DNA of 64,000 bases from Clostridia bacterium (GCA_018432615.1 JAHDSQ010000031.1:6009-70008), one strand, 5' to 3'; positions 20,101-30,374 are shown, numbered from the stretch's first letter. Program-made: numbers and translations. The notes: generated by a model from the letters alone, not told the origin.

Positions 20101-20917
20101 TGTTACCTTTGAAATTAACTGCACTAATGGTGATAAGACAATTGATGTATCGAGATTTAATGCGTACGTGGAGAGGATAGTTGCCATACCGGATGGAATA
20201 GATCCCCACAAAATCACAACAGGCATTGTAGTGAATACTGATGGGACTTTTTCCCATGTGCCTACTGTGATTACTGTAATTGATGGTAAATACTACGCGA
20301 AAATTAGTAGTCTTACTAACAGTACCTATTCCGTTATTTATCATCCACTGGAATTCAAAGATGTCTTCAAACATTGGGCGAGGGTTGCGGTAGACGACAT
20401 GGGAGCAAGGCTTGTTATCGACGCTCTTGGGAACGGTTATTTTGAACCGGACGGAGATATAACGAAAGCGGAATTTACTGCAGTAGTGGTGAGGGCACTT
20501 GGACTCATGCAGCCCGGAACCGGAAAGGATATATTTAATGATGTAACAAAAGATGCCTGGTATTACGATGGGGTATCTATTGCCTATGAATATGGCATTA
20601 TATCCGGCAACGACAACGGTGAATTTGAACCTTTGGACAAAATCACACGTGGGCAGGCCATGGCTATGATAGCAAGTGCCATGAGAATCACAGGACTGGA
20701 AGCTAAATTGAGCGAAGATGAAGCTGATAAGCTACTGGCAGGGTTTTATGATGCAAAAGAGACGGCGGATGATGCGAAAAACAGTACTGCGGAATGCATA
20801 AAAACCGGAATTGTTATCGGTAGAAATGGAAAACTGTTGGCACCAAAAGATAACTTAACCAGAGCGGAGGCTGCGGTGGTTGTAAGGAGATTGCTGCAAG
20901 TATCTAAGTTGATTTGA
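17138..20917 (+). CDS. Secreted cell-surface protein: LamG/concanavalin-like lectin domain, Fn3 repeats, C-terminal SLH domains
   Basis: Signal peptide, then a LamG-like block (FTVSMWIYPE...WTHVALTKSGNSVKTYVNG...DEIRFWN). Three Fn3-like repeats (GDSQVSIIWNSV.., GDGYVNITWNTV.., GNGEATVSFTAP..). C-terminal SLH-like repeats (FKDVFKHWA..., FNDVTKDAWYY..., FEPLDKITRGQA). Confidence 0.8.
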   Translation: MEIVKKDLGKVYFRLILIFLLLISLWTGASTDIVNAISLPVAGFSKALDFSTDRRIDIPNNASTRLAGNSDFTVSMWIYPEAETGCRTLYRQSGASGALGVWLRYDYDDASGKGYLYYGFDKLGTGWQWSWPWGTLPEEVTKFPLNQWTHVALTKSGNSVKTYVNGVVDYEMTLDAIHSGAPAPLTGGISVGGDSGNYFDGCIDEIRFWNTGLDQNKISSWMYREIDDTHPNYENLVVNYRLNQSSGAVVEDTRITDNNGTAINITDGNWIPSDIRGWTVNAGTTLSGKLVGSHDMGTSTNGYDWNLTFEIVDQGSKGTAAVTGDNQFTYTVDTDQEGSDSFTYRVRNADSNYSNTQTVDINIIPVKVISGNAGVAEAILSYNDGSDKTVTADGTGVYSFLVPSNWSGTVTPSKAGYTFTPANMAYTNVLADQASQDYTATAITYSVDSISNQTMAPLTAGYGAGTQETKTITITRTGAGDLVNLAAALSGANAGDFEITQPLVTTLNDGVPNTTFTVKARDGLAAGTYTATVTVSADNMAHETFAVTQVVNPLSSPVLQSANAGDSQVSIIWNSVDGATEYRIFQSTTSGSYGAAIATVDNTVSSYDATGLTNGTTYYFVVKTIVGASESVNSNEMNATPQVPAPGAPVLLSAVAGDGYVNITWNTVPGSTGYKIYASTTSGSYTLPADTVAGGVSSTDVEGLVNGTTYCFVVKATNPGGDSAASNEISAVPQSVPGAPTNVTAVAGNGEATVSFTAPADNGGSPITGYVVTSDPDNITATGIATTITVTGLTNGTAYTFSVQASNGVGYGMASAASNAVTPYSPSSGGDSDSGSSSQAGGVGTEILINGKREIAATAQTTTIENRTVMTVTVNNAIVEEKLQQEGDYTVVTIPVKDEADDIVSQLNGLTVKNMENKEAVLEIKTEGVTYTLPASQINIDSVSQQIGEETELQDIAVNIRVSSPPQDVVEVVEDVAKENNYQIIVEPVTFEINCTNGDKTIDVSRFNAYVERIVAIPDGIDPHKITTGIVVNTDGTFSHVPTVITVIDGKYYAKISSLTNSTYSVIYHPLEFKDVFKHWARVAVDDMGARLVIDALGNGYFEPDGDITKAEFTAVVVRALGLMQPGTGKDIFNDVTKDAWYYDGVSIAYEYGIISGNDNGEFEPLDKITRGQAMAMIASAMRITGLEAKLSEDEADKLLAGFYDAKETADDAKNSTAECIKTGIVIGRNGKLLAPKDNLTRAEAAVVVRRLLQVSKLI

Positions 20918-20952
20918 TCCATACTTCTAAATAATGTTGATGTCTATGAGAT

Positions 20953-20982
20953 AAAGCGGTTTGCACGCAAACCGCTTTATCC
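20953..20982 (+). terminator. Probable rho-independent terminator
   Basis: AAAGCGGTTTGCACGCAAACCGCTTT hairpin 36 nt after the stop at 20917. The T tract is weak. Confidence 0.5.
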
Positions 20983-21217
20983 CGTTCCCTATTTTGGCAG
21001 AAGCATGCATGCCTATGACAATAGGCGACACTTCTTAATAACCCTATCTTAGAATGTTAATATGCGACTACGACTTGACTATCCGAATAATCAAGAATAA
21101 TATAAAATAAAATAGAAGTATCATGAAAACAAGAGAGCAGAATCTATTTGTTTTTATAACAGTAAACAGTGAGCAGATGGAAATAGCACATCGGAATTAT
21201 TTCAAGGGTGGAAGGGC

Positions 21218-22006
21218 ATGATGACAAAAAAAACAAGCCATGAGCCTGATATAAATAGGCTGCGGGCATCTTTTAAGGACATTTGGAAAGAGGAGGAACT
21301 TTCATCAAAGATTATTGAATTTTTTCCCTACCCGATACAAGTATATGGACCTGATGGGACATCGGTAATGGTAAATAAAGCAATGATGGATGAATTTGAA
21401 ATTGCTGACAGAGAATTCATCATTGGCAGGTATAATATTTTTAAAGACCCCGATATAGCTGTTTCCGGACTTGTAAAACAAGTAAAGCGTGCTTTTAAAG
21501 GTGAAACAGTATATTTAAGCGATTTACATGTCCCTCTTAAAACAATTAAGAAATGCTATGCAACCGACAGCCATGATGTTAACGTAATGTATCAGGATGC
21601 AACTTTGTTCCCTATATACAACGGTGCCGGAAAAACGGTGTATGTGGTGGTAATACTCATCACCAGAAGAATATATAAGGGAAAGGAGAGTATTATAAAA
21701 GCGAAGGAGTATTTGAAAAACAACTGGGGAAAGGAGTTTAACATTGATGAAGTTTCAAAAGCAGCAAACCTTAGTCCTTATCATTTTTCCCGTGTTTTTA
21801 AACATGAAGAGGGTATAACCCCCTATAACTATTACTTGAATATGAAGATTGAAAAGATAAAAGAAAAGCTGTTTGACACCAATCTTTCCATCTCCGAGGT
21901 GTTTGCGGCTTGCGGTGTTGACTATCATGGACATTTTGCCGGTTATTTCAAAAAGATTGTTGGTGTTACCCCCTCGGAATACCGTAGGAAAATCAGAAAT
22001 AAATAG
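21218..22006 (+). CDS. AraC-family transcriptional regulator with an N-terminal PAS-like sensor region
   Basis: C-terminal double HTH (LSPYHFSRVFKHEEGITPYNY...GHFAGYFKKIVGVTPSEYRR). Confidence 0.85.
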   Translation: MMTKKTSHEPDINRLRASFKDIWKEEELSSKIIEFFPYPIQVYGPDGTSVMVNKAMMDEFEIADREFIIGRYNIFKDPDIAVSGLVKQVKRAFKGETVYLSDLHVPLKTIKKCYATDSHDVNVMYQDATLFPIYNGAGKTVYVVVILITRRIYKGKESIIKAKEYLKNNWGKEFNIDEVSKAANLSPYHFSRVFKHEEGITPYNYYLNMKIEKIKEKLFDTNLSISEVFAACGVDYHGHFAGYFKKIVGVTPSEYRRKIRNK

Positions 22007-22266
22007 GATTGAAAAATAAATAGGATTGGGTTGCAATTCGGGCTTTCAGGGTTTAAACTCTGAAGGCTTTTTTATGCAAAAATATAGCAATATTATGACT
22101 AACTTGAGCATTCAGTATAATATCTGCCGGAAGCAATTCAAGATATAATCAATTTTTGAAAGAAAGCATCAAGATAAAGAAGAACAGTTGTCCCCTATGG
22201 TACGTGTACCAATTGATTGGAAGGTATAAACCAATATTAAAGCAAGGATTATAAGGAGGGAGAACG

Positions 22267-22851
22267 GTGAATAAAAAATTTTTAATGGTATTAATGCTAC
22301 TGATAATAGTAGTTGCAGGTTGCGGGGGAGAAGACTCTATTTCCGGTGCGGAGCCATCTGAAATTACAAATAAAGAAGGAAATGAAGCTATACAGGAGAA
22401 AGGAAATTCGGGTGGTACTACCCCGGAGGATAAAAACTCCTCAGCCAAAGATGTAAGTGTGGTTATTTCTCCTCCCGATGGGTGGGAGCGCGTTGATTCG
22501 TTAGGTTTTCTCGTACATTATAAGAAAAGCGGTGCCACTTTTATTGTAAAGGAGGAGCCGTACAGCGGCAAAACCTTAGACGATGTGGTGCAACAGGCCA
22601 AAGAGATTTTTGAAAAATCTTTTGATAAAGTTCAATTTCTGGATGAAGTAGAAGACATTATAGTGGATAACAAAAACGCAAAAAAGCTTGTCTTTTCCTG
22701 CGAGGTATTTGATATCCAAATGAAGTATCAATATATTTTCCTGTTTATTGATAAAGATGTTTATGTAATTACCATTGGAAGTGCAACTGAAAATTATGAG
22801 ACACTTGCCCCTGACTTTAAAAAGCTACTTGATGAAATAAGGTTCGAGTAA
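22267..22851 (+). CDS. Putative lipoprotein
   Basis: Lipobox LIIVVAGCGG after a hydrophobic N-terminus. No other motif. Confidence 0.55.
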   Translation: MNKKFLMVLMLLIIVVAGCGGEDSISGAEPSEITNKEGNEAIQEKGNSGGTTPEDKNSSAKDVSVVISPPDGWERVDSLGFLVHYKKSGATFIVKEEPYSGKTLDDVVQQAKEIFEKSFDKVQFLDEVEDIIVDNKNAKKLVFSCEVFDIQMKYQYIFLFIDKDVYVITIGSATENYETLAPDFKKLLDEIRFE

Positions 22852-22879
22852 AGAGAGAGGAAGAAGGAGGAAGAATCAG

Positions 22880-23374
22880 ATGAAAAAAAAGCTTCTATGG
22901 GGACTTTTAATACTGTCGCTTATATTATCCTCGGTTTCATGCAACAGTACACAGGACGAAACGGAAAAAACGGTTCGGGAGGAAGTTGCTGAAGACTTGC
23001 AAGATGTTAAGGTTGATAATGACAGCGGTGAAGTTACTTTTACGGATAAGGACGGAGAAAAGGTCGTTTACGGAAGTACCGAATGGCCCAAGACAGATAT
23101 CGCTAAAACCATTCCGGAATTCACCAAGGGTACTATTATGTCGGTAATTTCAAATAAAGAAGGTGCATTGATTGATATAGATCAAGTTGAGGAGAAAGAC
23201 TTTCAAGAGTATTTAGAGGAAGTAAAAAAGAATTATTCCGAAGATGCCGTCGAAGGTAATTCGGACGGAATCTTTACATACAGTGCCGGAAATGGCAGCG
23301 GGATATTGGTGTTAGTTAATTATGACTCCGAGATGGGGGTAATGGATATCAGTTTATCAAAAATGATGGATTAA
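22880..23374 (+). CDS. Putative lipoprotein
   Basis: Signal sequence ending in a lipobox-like LSSVSCNS. Strong RBS GGAGGAAG upstream. Confidence 0.55.
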   Translation: MKKKLLWGLLILSLILSSVSCNSTQDETEKTVREEVAEDLQDVKVDNDSGEVTFTDKDGEKVVYGSTEWPKTDIAKTIPEFTKGTIMSVISNKEGALIDIDQVEEKDFQEYLEEVKKNYSEDAVEGNSDGIFTYSAGNGSGILVLVNYDSEMGVMDISLSKMMD

Positions 23375-23391
23375 AGAGGAGGTTTTCAATT

Positions 23392-24888
23392 ATGAAAAGA
23401 AAAGCTTTGGTCTGCGTTTTTCTGTTTATTATGATATCAACAGTGCTGTCTTTTACAACACTTGCGTCCGGCTATATTCCGTCTTCGAATTATGGATCCC
23501 CGCAAAATATAGGGGTTTCGTTTGATTTCAGTGATGATGATAATTGGGATTTTGTTCTGGGGTACGGAGCATCCGAAGAAATCCGCAGTGTTTTGGCAGC
23601 AGAAGCTGATGGTCGGTTTGGGGACGCCGGATTCATGAATCTGGGTATCTCCGTTGAAGTGGATTATAAATTGGAAAATGGACAGTGGAAGTCTGATATG
23701 GTAGGAGCGGAAGGGCTTATTAGTAATAGTGCCTGGTTCAATGTAGAGGAAGGTAAATATACTGATCAAATATATATCTACTGCTACGATCTTGATGACT
23801 GCTTTACGGACGGTGTACTGTCCGGAGGTAAGTCCTATTTTGACAGCCACACAATGTATTTTCGTCTGCGCTTCTGCATAGACTATAACGATGAAAATGA
23901 CGACTATACATATTATTCATCCTGGTCTGATGAGGTTTCGTATAATAACGGGGAAACAGAGAATCCCGCGGTATTGATTAATCATACCCCTGTTCTCAAG
24001 TCTGCGGAGTTAAAGAAATATGACAATGGTGAACCTTACTTGTTCCTCACAATAGAAAAACCCCATGATGATATCATGAAACTCAACAGTATATCCAACC
24101 AAGAAGTGCATACCAATGTCTGGCTGAAAGTGGGCTCGGGCGAATGGAAGGATAACGATACATACGGAGTAGGACTGGAAGGATTTGAAGTGGAAATAGA
24201 TGACTACTTTAATGATGGGGGTACTTCTTTTGACTCTTTCGTTTATGATGTAAAATTCCGCTATGAATTTGATTATGAGAATTATCCTACGGCAGGTAAA
24301 ACAGGCAAAATCTACAGCCCGTTCTCCAATGTGATATCCCATGGAATGCCTGCATATTCCAATGCATCCTCCTGGGCGCAAGCAGATCTTGACAAGGCAC
24401 AAGAGTATGGCTTGATTACTGACAGAATGAAGAATAACATGAGTGGGCCGATTACTCGGGAAGAGTTTGCGGAACTGGCCACAAGACTTTATGAGGTGTA
24501 TACAGGGCAAAAGGCCGAGCCTGCCCCTGCCTCGACATTTACCGATACTACTAATCCGGAAATACTCAAAGCCTTTAAATTGGGTATCGTTGCCGGTGTG
24601 GGCAATAACAAGTTTGCACCTCAGGTTCTCATTAACCGTGAACAGATGGCCGCCATGTTGAACCGGGCTGTAAAGGTGATTGCTCCGACTGTAGATTTGT
24701 CTATTGCGGGGGCTCCAACCTTTGCTGATGAAAAGGAAATTGAATCATACTTCGTGGAGAATGTGAAGTTTATGGCTAAAAACGGCTTTATCGGCGGTGT
24801 GGGCAACAATAAATTTGCGCCTAAAAACACCAGCACCCGTGAACAGGCGGTATTAATAGCTTTAAGGGTGTACGAAACATATAAATAA
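23392..24888 (+). CDS. Secreted SLH-domain protein
   Basis: Signal peptide, then C-terminal SLH repeats (SSWAQADLDKAQEYGLI.., FTDTTNPEILKAFKLGIVAGVGNNKFAP.., FADEKEIESYF...GVGNNKFAPKNTSTREQA). Confidence 0.8.
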   Translation: MKRKALVCVFLFIMISTVLSFTTLASGYIPSSNYGSPQNIGVSFDFSDDDNWDFVLGYGASEEIRSVLAAEADGRFGDAGFMNLGISVEVDYKLENGQWKSDMVGAEGLISNSAWFNVEEGKYTDQIYIYCYDLDDCFTDGVLSGGKSYFDSHTMYFRLRFCIDYNDENDDYTYYSSWSDEVSYNNGETENPAVLINHTPVLKSAELKKYDNGEPYLFLTIEKPHDDIMKLNSISNQEVHTNVWLKVGSGEWKDNDTYGVGLEGFEVEIDDYFNDGGTSFDSFVYDVKFRYEFDYENYPTAGKTGKIYSPFSNVISHGMPAYSNASSWAQADLDKAQEYGLITDRMKNNMSGPITREEFAELATRLYEVYTGQKAEPAPASTFTDTTNPEILKAFKLGIVAGVGNNKFAPQVLINREQMAAMLNRAVKVIAPTVDLSIAGAPTFADEKEIESYFVENVKFMAKNGFIGGVGNNKFAPKNTSTREQAVLIALRVYETYK

Positions 24889-24937
24889 GCGACAGTATGT
24901 TATGAAGCGGAGATAATTATAAAGAGAAGGAGGTAGT

Positions 24938-25750
24938 GTGTTGATGCGCAGGGCACATGAGATCGATTATCAGATATATGGAGATGACATGCAATTCGTG
25001 AAAATAGGTCTTGATCCCGGGGAAACTGTAGTTGCCGAAGCGGGGGCCATGATGTACATGGACGGCGGCATTGAATCTGATACGGTATTTGGTGACGGCT
25101 CTGATAGGGATAAGGGCAAAGGGTTGATGGATAAGGTTATAGGAGCCGGGAAACGGGCCTTGACAGGGGAAAGCGTCTTTATGACTACCTTCACTAATCA
25201 TGGTTCCGCTAAAAAAGAGGTTGCATTTTCCGCTCCTTATCCGGGCAAAGTTATTCCCTTGGATTTGGGTGACTGTCAGGGTCAGTTGATTTGCCAGCGT
25301 GATGCCTTCTTATGCGCAGCCAAAGGTATTGCTATTGAAATAGCCTTTCAAAAAAAGATCGGAGCAGGCTTCTTCGGGGGAGAGGGCTTCATTATGCAGC
25401 GGTTGGTTGGAGACGGCTTGGCCTTTCTTCATGCCGGTGGCACTATTATAAAAAAAGAATTACAGGCCGGTGAAATGCTCAAACTGGATACAGGCTGTCT
25501 TGTGGCTATGTCAACGACCGTTAATTACGATGTGCAATTTGCCGGTAATGTGAAAAGTGCGATTTTTGGCGGGGAAGGTCTCTTTTTAGCTACACTTAAA
25601 GGTCCGGGTCTTGTGTGGCTACAGTCACTTCCCTTTAGCCGTTTGGCAAACCGCATGCATGCCGCCAGCAGCAAGGGAGGCGGTGAAAACAAGGGCGAAG
25701 GAGGACTGCTGGGCGGTATCGGTGTAAAAAATCTGTTGGGCATGGATTGA
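24938..25750 (+). CDS. AIM24/TIGR00266 (DUF124) family protein
   Basis: The N-terminal signature [33 protein letters not shown] and the overall ~270-aa Gly-rich beta pattern match my memory of this family. Confidence 0.7.
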   Translation: MLMRRAHEIDYQIYGDDMQFVKIGLDPGETVVAEAGAMMYMDGGIESDTVFGDGSDRDKGKGLMDKVIGAGKRALTGESVFMTTFTNHGSAKKEVAFSAPYPGKVIPLDLGDCQGQLICQRDAFLCAAKGIAIEIAFQKKIGAGFFGGEGFIMQRLVGDGLAFLHAGGTIIKKELQAGEMLKLDTGCLVAMSTTVNYDVQFAGNVKSAIFGGEGLFLATLKGPGLVWLQSLPFSRLANRMHAASSKGGGENKGEGGLLGGIGVKNLLGMD

Positions 25751-25890
25751 GCGTAAAAAAATTAGAATGTAAGTAAAAAAAGCCCTATGTCACTTGGCGG
25801 CATTCTTCATTATAAGGGATCCCGCAAACCACAGTCGATCTGGGTTAGTCAAAAACGATGAGCTCTTAATGGGGAATTGTATACAAAAAT

Positions 25891-25931
25891 AGCCGGGACA
25901 GCCTGCATTGGAGGCTGTCCCGGCTATTTTT
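25891..25931 (+). terminator. Rho-independent terminator
   Basis: 14-bp perfect stem AGCCGGGACAGCCT / AGGCTGTCCCGGCT with a 7-nt loop, followed by ATTTTTG. Confidence 0.7.
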
Positions 25932-26067
25932 GATGGTACGCTTATCACTTTATATAAAAATTTATAAAATCATGGAGGGAAATGACTTTCATTGCTGAAT
26001 ATTCTAATACGATATCATTTTATACATTTAATACGTTAATACAATAAATAGGGGCGGGTGAATTAGT

Positions 26068-27648
26068 ATGGAGAGAAGAATAGCACTTGTTGGTTCCAGT
26101 GGAGGGAACTTATACGAGTCAGGGGGAAAGGATCCAAACAAATTGATTGGAGAGGTTATTCGACAATCCCAAGCGGCAGGAATTATAGTATCAAAAGTTC
26201 TCTTTATTGCAGCAAAAGCATCTATGGATCAGGTGAAACCGGATACTCTGGCATCTATCTATGTTCTTGAGGATAATGAGCCAAAAAGCATATTCACAGG
26301 AACCTTATCAGAAGTAAATGAGAAAGCGGCAGAATTAGATAAAGAAATTGCGGCCATGATTCAAGGTGGTAGTATTGACGGACTTTTCCTTGCAAGCGCA
26401 GATCCTGATGGTGTCAATAATTACAGCATCAGTGCCGCGGCAGAAAAGAAACTGGCTGTGGTAGGCACCGGAGGCACATCAATGGGGAAAGTACAGTCTA
26501 AGGGGTTAAACGTGATTGCTGTCTCCGGGACTACCGGGACAACTAACAGAACCCGGGCTATTGCCGGTGTTTCTGCTCTAGCTAAGCATTGGAATCTGAA
26601 GTACAAGCCTGTTATAGGAACGTCAAATGCTAAGGAGGAATTAAGTGGTTCTGTGTGGCAGCGTATTAATGTTAGGGGAATTATGATGTCGTCACTGCCG
26701 GGATTTATTGCCATGGCCCTGGTATTAGCTATCGGGAAAATTCCGGGACTTGGTGTTTTTAGTAGTATATTTGACGTCATGATTGCCGCCCTTCCCGTAA
26801 TTGTTGCAGTGGTTGCAGCAAAACAAGTTTCGGGGTTAGACGAAGTAGGTATAATTGCAGGTGTGATTGCCGGTGTTCTTTCTGTAGATGGCGGTATTAT
26901 CGGAGGTATTTTGGGCGGTATAATTGCCGGTGTTCTGGTTCAATATATTCTTACACTTTGTTTTAAGTGGAAATTCCCGGCAACCACAGCAAATATAATA
27001 GCGGGGAGTTTCGCAGGGCTTATATCCGGCTTGCTTATTTATTTTGTTTTAGCACCGGTTGCATTGTTAGCCGGAAATGGGATTAGGGCTACAATAGATA
27101 CCCTGATTGCTATCAACCCTGCTCTGACAGGACTTATAGCCGGAATCTTAATATGGCCTGCTATTATGGGCGGGGTATATCATGCAGCAATACTACCTAT
27201 TGTTTTATTGGAAATGGAGAAAACGGGAAATAGTTTTTTAGGCGCTGTTGATATGACGGGTTTGGTTATGGTCTCTGCAGGTATAACACTTGCTAATATA
27301 CTGTTCCCCAGAGTAAAAGAGGAAGCCACACTGGCAGCCCCCGGCTTTTTGGTTAATGTAGGGTTTGGAACCTTTGTAGAGGCCGCATATCCCTTTATGT
27401 TTTCAGACAAATTAGTTTTTGCAGGGGCACTTGTTTCAGCAGGTGTTTCCGGTGGTTTAGTAGGCTTGATGAATGTTAGGGGAACTGCATATGTGCCCTC
27501 AATTGTTGCTCCGACCATGTCCAATAACCCCTTAGGTTTCTTACTGGCAATGCTGGCGGCTTTGGTTTGTGCCTTTACATTTACGGTTGTTGCGAATAAG
27601 AGGGCGAAAAAAAGACAAGTACAGGATGCAAAACAAATAGCGGGCTGA
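26068..27648 (+). CDS. Integral membrane protein with a ~190-aa cytoplasmic N-terminal domain (uncharacterised permease-like)
   Basis: After residue ~200 there are about 10 Gly/Ala-rich hydrophobic segments (GGIIGGILGGIIAGVL etc.). Family not recognised. Confidence 0.45.
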   Translation: MERRIALVGSSGGNLYESGGKDPNKLIGEVIRQSQAAGIIVSKVLFIAAKASMDQVKPDTLASIYVLEDNEPKSIFTGTLSEVNEKAAELDKEIAAMIQGGSIDGLFLASADPDGVNNYSISAAAEKKLAVVGTGGTSMGKVQSKGLNVIAVSGTTGTTNRTRAIAGVSALAKHWNLKYKPVIGTSNAKEELSGSVWQRINVRGIMMSSLPGFIAMALVLAIGKIPGLGVFSSIFDVMIAALPVIVAVVAAKQVSGLDEVGIIAGVIAGVLSVDGGIIGGILGGIIAGVLVQYILTLCFKWKFPATTANIIAGSFAGLISGLLIYFVLAPVALLAGNGIRATIDTLIAINPALTGLIAGILIWPAIMGGVYHAAILPIVLLEMEKTGNSFLGAVDMTGLVMVSAGITLANILFPRVKEEATLAAPGFLVNVGFGTFVEAAYPFMFSDKLVFAGALVSAGVSGGLVGLMNVRGTAYVPSIVAPTMSNNPLGFLLAMLAALVCAFTFTVVANKRAKKRQVQDAKQIAG

Positions 27649-27822
27649 TGATAAGCTGCAAATTAAACGCCCACCAGCCATATTCTATTGGGAACCCATT
27701 CGGTTGTCAAAATGATGGAAGAGTTGCGTATGTAGGATGTGAACCAACGGTTTTGGGCGACGGAACCGTTGGTTCATTAAAAAACATTGGGTGGCAAGAG
27801 AAAATACAAGGGGAGGGAAAAA

Positions 27823-29169
27823 ATGAACGGTAAATTGTTCAAACCCAAATTATTATACCGAAAGCGTATTAGTAAAATGCTTGAGGGGATATTTGAAGCA
27901 CCTCTTTTTTTCTTGCTTTCCTCTATTGGCTATGGTAAGACAACAGCAGTAAAGACTTTTCTTAGCTCCAAGAAAAATCTTCGATATGTATGGTTTTCAT
28001 TGAGTACCGGAGAAAGCGATGAGCTGTGGATGTGGCAGAAATTCTGTCATAGCCTTGAAGACATAAGCCTGGAGCTCTCAAACCGATTTGCCGAATATGG
28101 ACTTCCGAAAAATGCAGTGGATTTGGACCGTATAATCAGTATTTTAAAGAAAAATGTGACAGAGCGCACGGTTATTGTTATAGATGATTATCATGAAAAC
28201 AAAAGCGAGTATATGAACCGTTTAATTACATGTATTGCAGGGGAGAGGGTTTCCAATCTGCATATAGTGTTAATCAGTCGCAGTATTCCGGAAATCCCAA
28301 TTGAAGAGTTAATTTTAAAAGGTTTGTGCATAGAACTCTCCCAGGACAAATTTGAATTTAATAAGGAAGAAACAATAGAGTTGTTTGTGCAGAACGGATT
28401 TTTACTTTCACCGAAGGAACAGGAACTATTGGTAAAAAATACAGATGGTTGGGCAGCGGCCATCTATCTTGCCCTCCTTAAGTACGCTGAGGACAAAACT
28501 GTTGAAGACATTAGCAATGTCACAAGGCTGGTTAAAACAGCCATATATGATAAATTTGACAGAGAAACACAGCAAATCCTGTTAAAACTTTCCCATCTTG
28601 ATAGCTTCACCCTTGACGGGGCCGTGTTTGTGACCGGAGAAAAGAAGGCAGGTAGACTGGTAAGTAAAATTAAAGGAAACAACTGCTTCATACGGTATGA
28701 TAATAAAAGCGGAACCTATTTTCTTCATGCCATATTTAAAACAGTGCTGCTGGAGCTTTTTAATACTGCGGATATGGACAAAGCCGCTCTGTTTTCCCGA
28801 TGCGGTGATTGGTGTGCAAAGTGTGGAAGGCACATTGAAGCGGTGGATTTCTATCACCGGGCGGGATGCTATGAAAGAATCCTTGACATATTTGAACTGC
28901 CGGGCGCGGCAGAGCTTATAGACAAGGCGCCTAATATCATTATCAGCGCTTTTAACAGTATTGATAAAGAAACTAAACTTTCACGCCCTATGGCTTATAT
29001 CACATACATATACTCTTACCAGGTGGCAATAGACGCTGAGGAAGGAGCCAAGCTGCTTTATGAGGCGAAAGCGATTTATGAAGCAGATGATAAGCTGGTG
29101 GACAAGGAGCAGATTTTAGGTGGATCGCCCTTGCGGAAAGTGTTCTTCAATTTAATAGTGTATCTATAA
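27823..29169 (+). CDS. LuxR/MalT-like STAND regulator, N-terminal part (gene interrupted by a frameshift)
   Basis: Paralogue of the intact 823-aa gene at 41085..43556. P-loop SSIGYGKTTAVK and Walker B VIVIDDYH. The ATG at 27823 follows GGGGAGGG; the track start at 27787 is less likely. Confidence 0.7.
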   Translation: MNGKLFKPKLLYRKRISKMLEGIFEAPLFFLLSSIGYGKTTAVKTFLSSKKNLRYVWFSLSTGESDELWMWQKFCHSLEDISLELSNRFAEYGLPKNAVDLDRIISILKKNVTERTVIVIDDYHENKSEYMNRLITCIAGERVSNLHIVLISRSIPEIPIEELILKGLCIELSQDKFEFNKEETIELFVQNGFLLSPKEQELLVKNTDGWAAAIYLALLKYAEDKTVEDISNVTRLVKTAIYDKFDRETQQILLKLSHLDSFTLDGAVFVTGEKKAGRLVSKIKGNNCFIRYDNKSGTYFLHAIFKTVLLELFNTADMDKAALFSRCGDWCAKCGRHIEAVDFYHRAGCYERILDIFELPGAAELIDKAPNIIISAFNSIDKETKLSRPMAYITYIYSYQVAIDAEEGAKLLYEAKAIYEADDKLVDKEQILGGSPLRKVFFNLIVYL

Positions 29170-30299
29170 TGAGTGAATACCATAAAAAGGCCTACAATCT
29201 GTTCGGTGGTACGAGTTCCCGCATAGCAAACCCCGATGCGGTATTTACATTTGGTTCACCCCATACGCTTTATCTCTATCATAAGGAAGAGGGAACACTG
29301 CTTTCTCTGGTAGAGCTAATCGAAAATGACAACTGGTATTATACTAAAGCATCTAACGGTTGCGGGGCAGGCTTTGAACATACAACAAGGGCGGAATACT
29401 GCCTTGAAACGGGTAGTTTAACTGATGCAGAGCATTTTGCCTACAAGGCTGTCTTTAAAGCAAAAACCCAGAATCAGTTGAGCCTTGTTATCTGTGGAAA
29501 TCTTTGTCTTGCCCGTCTTGCTGTCTTAAACGGCAGACCAAACGAAGCCTTTAATTTAATGGATAAACTCCGGTTGGAAGTAGAGGCTTTAGGAAATCCT
29601 ATACTGCTCAACAGTATTGATATTGCGGAAGGCTTTATATACGGCAGTTTGGGCAAATTAGAGCGAATACAAAAGTGGCTGCAGGATGGAGACATATCTC
29701 AATGTAATCTCTTTCATCAAGGAATGGGAATAAACTATATTATCATAGGCAGAGCAGCAATTTTACGGAAGAGCTATCCGGAACTTGAAGTAATCGTGGA
29801 AACCATGAGAGAAATCTATAAACCCACTAATCATATATTCGGTTTCATTTATGCCGGTATTTATGAGGCAATAGCGAAAAAACATTTATATGGTATGGAA
29901 AAAGCAAAGAAAGTCTTGCTTCCTATCATACAGCTTGCACAGGCCGACAGTATCATCACACCTTTTGCGGAAAGCATGCCGGAGCTTGAGCCTGTTTTGC
30001 AGGAAATAAAAAGAACCCATGACAGTGAATGGCTTAGTAGAGTTATCAGCCTAGGTGAACGGTTCAAAAAAGGATTCCAGAAGGTCAATAGCCTGGAAGA
30101 AATTGAACCATTGACCGAGAGAGAAATCGATGTACTAACCCTCCTAAATGAGGGACTCAAGCAGACGGAAATTGCTGAAAAACTATGCCTGTCTAAGAAT
30201 ACAGTCAACAGGCATTTACAGAACACCTATGAAAAGCTTGGTGTAAACAACAAAACCCTGGCAATTAACAAAGCGAAAGAACTGCGCATCATCCTCTAG
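29169..30299 (+). CDS. LuxR/MalT-like STAND regulator, C-terminal part with the LuxR HTH
   Basis: FGSPHTLYLYH and the following TPR-like region align with residues ~480-823 of the 41085 paralogue. The C-terminus is LTEREIDVLTLLNEGLKQTEIAEKLCLSKNTVNRHLQNTYEKLGV. Confidence 0.7.
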   Translation: MSEYHKKAYNLFGGTSSRIANPDAVFTFGSPHTLYLYHKEEGTLLSLVELIENDNWYYTKASNGCGAGFEHTTRAEYCLETGSLTDAEHFAYKAVFKAKTQNQLSLVICGNLCLARLAVLNGRPNEAFNLMDKLRLEVEALGNPILLNSIDIAEGFIYGSLGKLERIQKWLQDGDISQCNLFHQGMGINYIIIGRAAILRKSYPELEVIVETMREIYKPTNHIFGFIYAGIYEAIAKKHLYGMEKAKKVLLPIIQLAQADSIITPFAESMPELEPVLQEIKRTHDSEWLSRVISLGERFKKGFQKVNSLEEIEPLTEREIDVLTLLNEGLKQTEIAEKLCLSKNTVNRHLQNTYEKLGVNNKTLAINKAKELRIIL

Positions 30300-30374
30300 A
30301 GAGATGGTTTCACTGGGGAGTGTACCTGAGAGTTTAGAATAAAAAATGGTACTTTTACGTGATGCACAAAGGCA

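Noticed and set aside
27740-27776. 13-bp inverted repeat TGAACCAACGGTT / AACCGTTGGTTCA after the membrane-protein gene, considered as a terminator
   Set aside because: On the plus strand the stem is followed by TAAAAAAC rather than a T tract, and the minus-strand orientation has no gene to terminate. It was not called.
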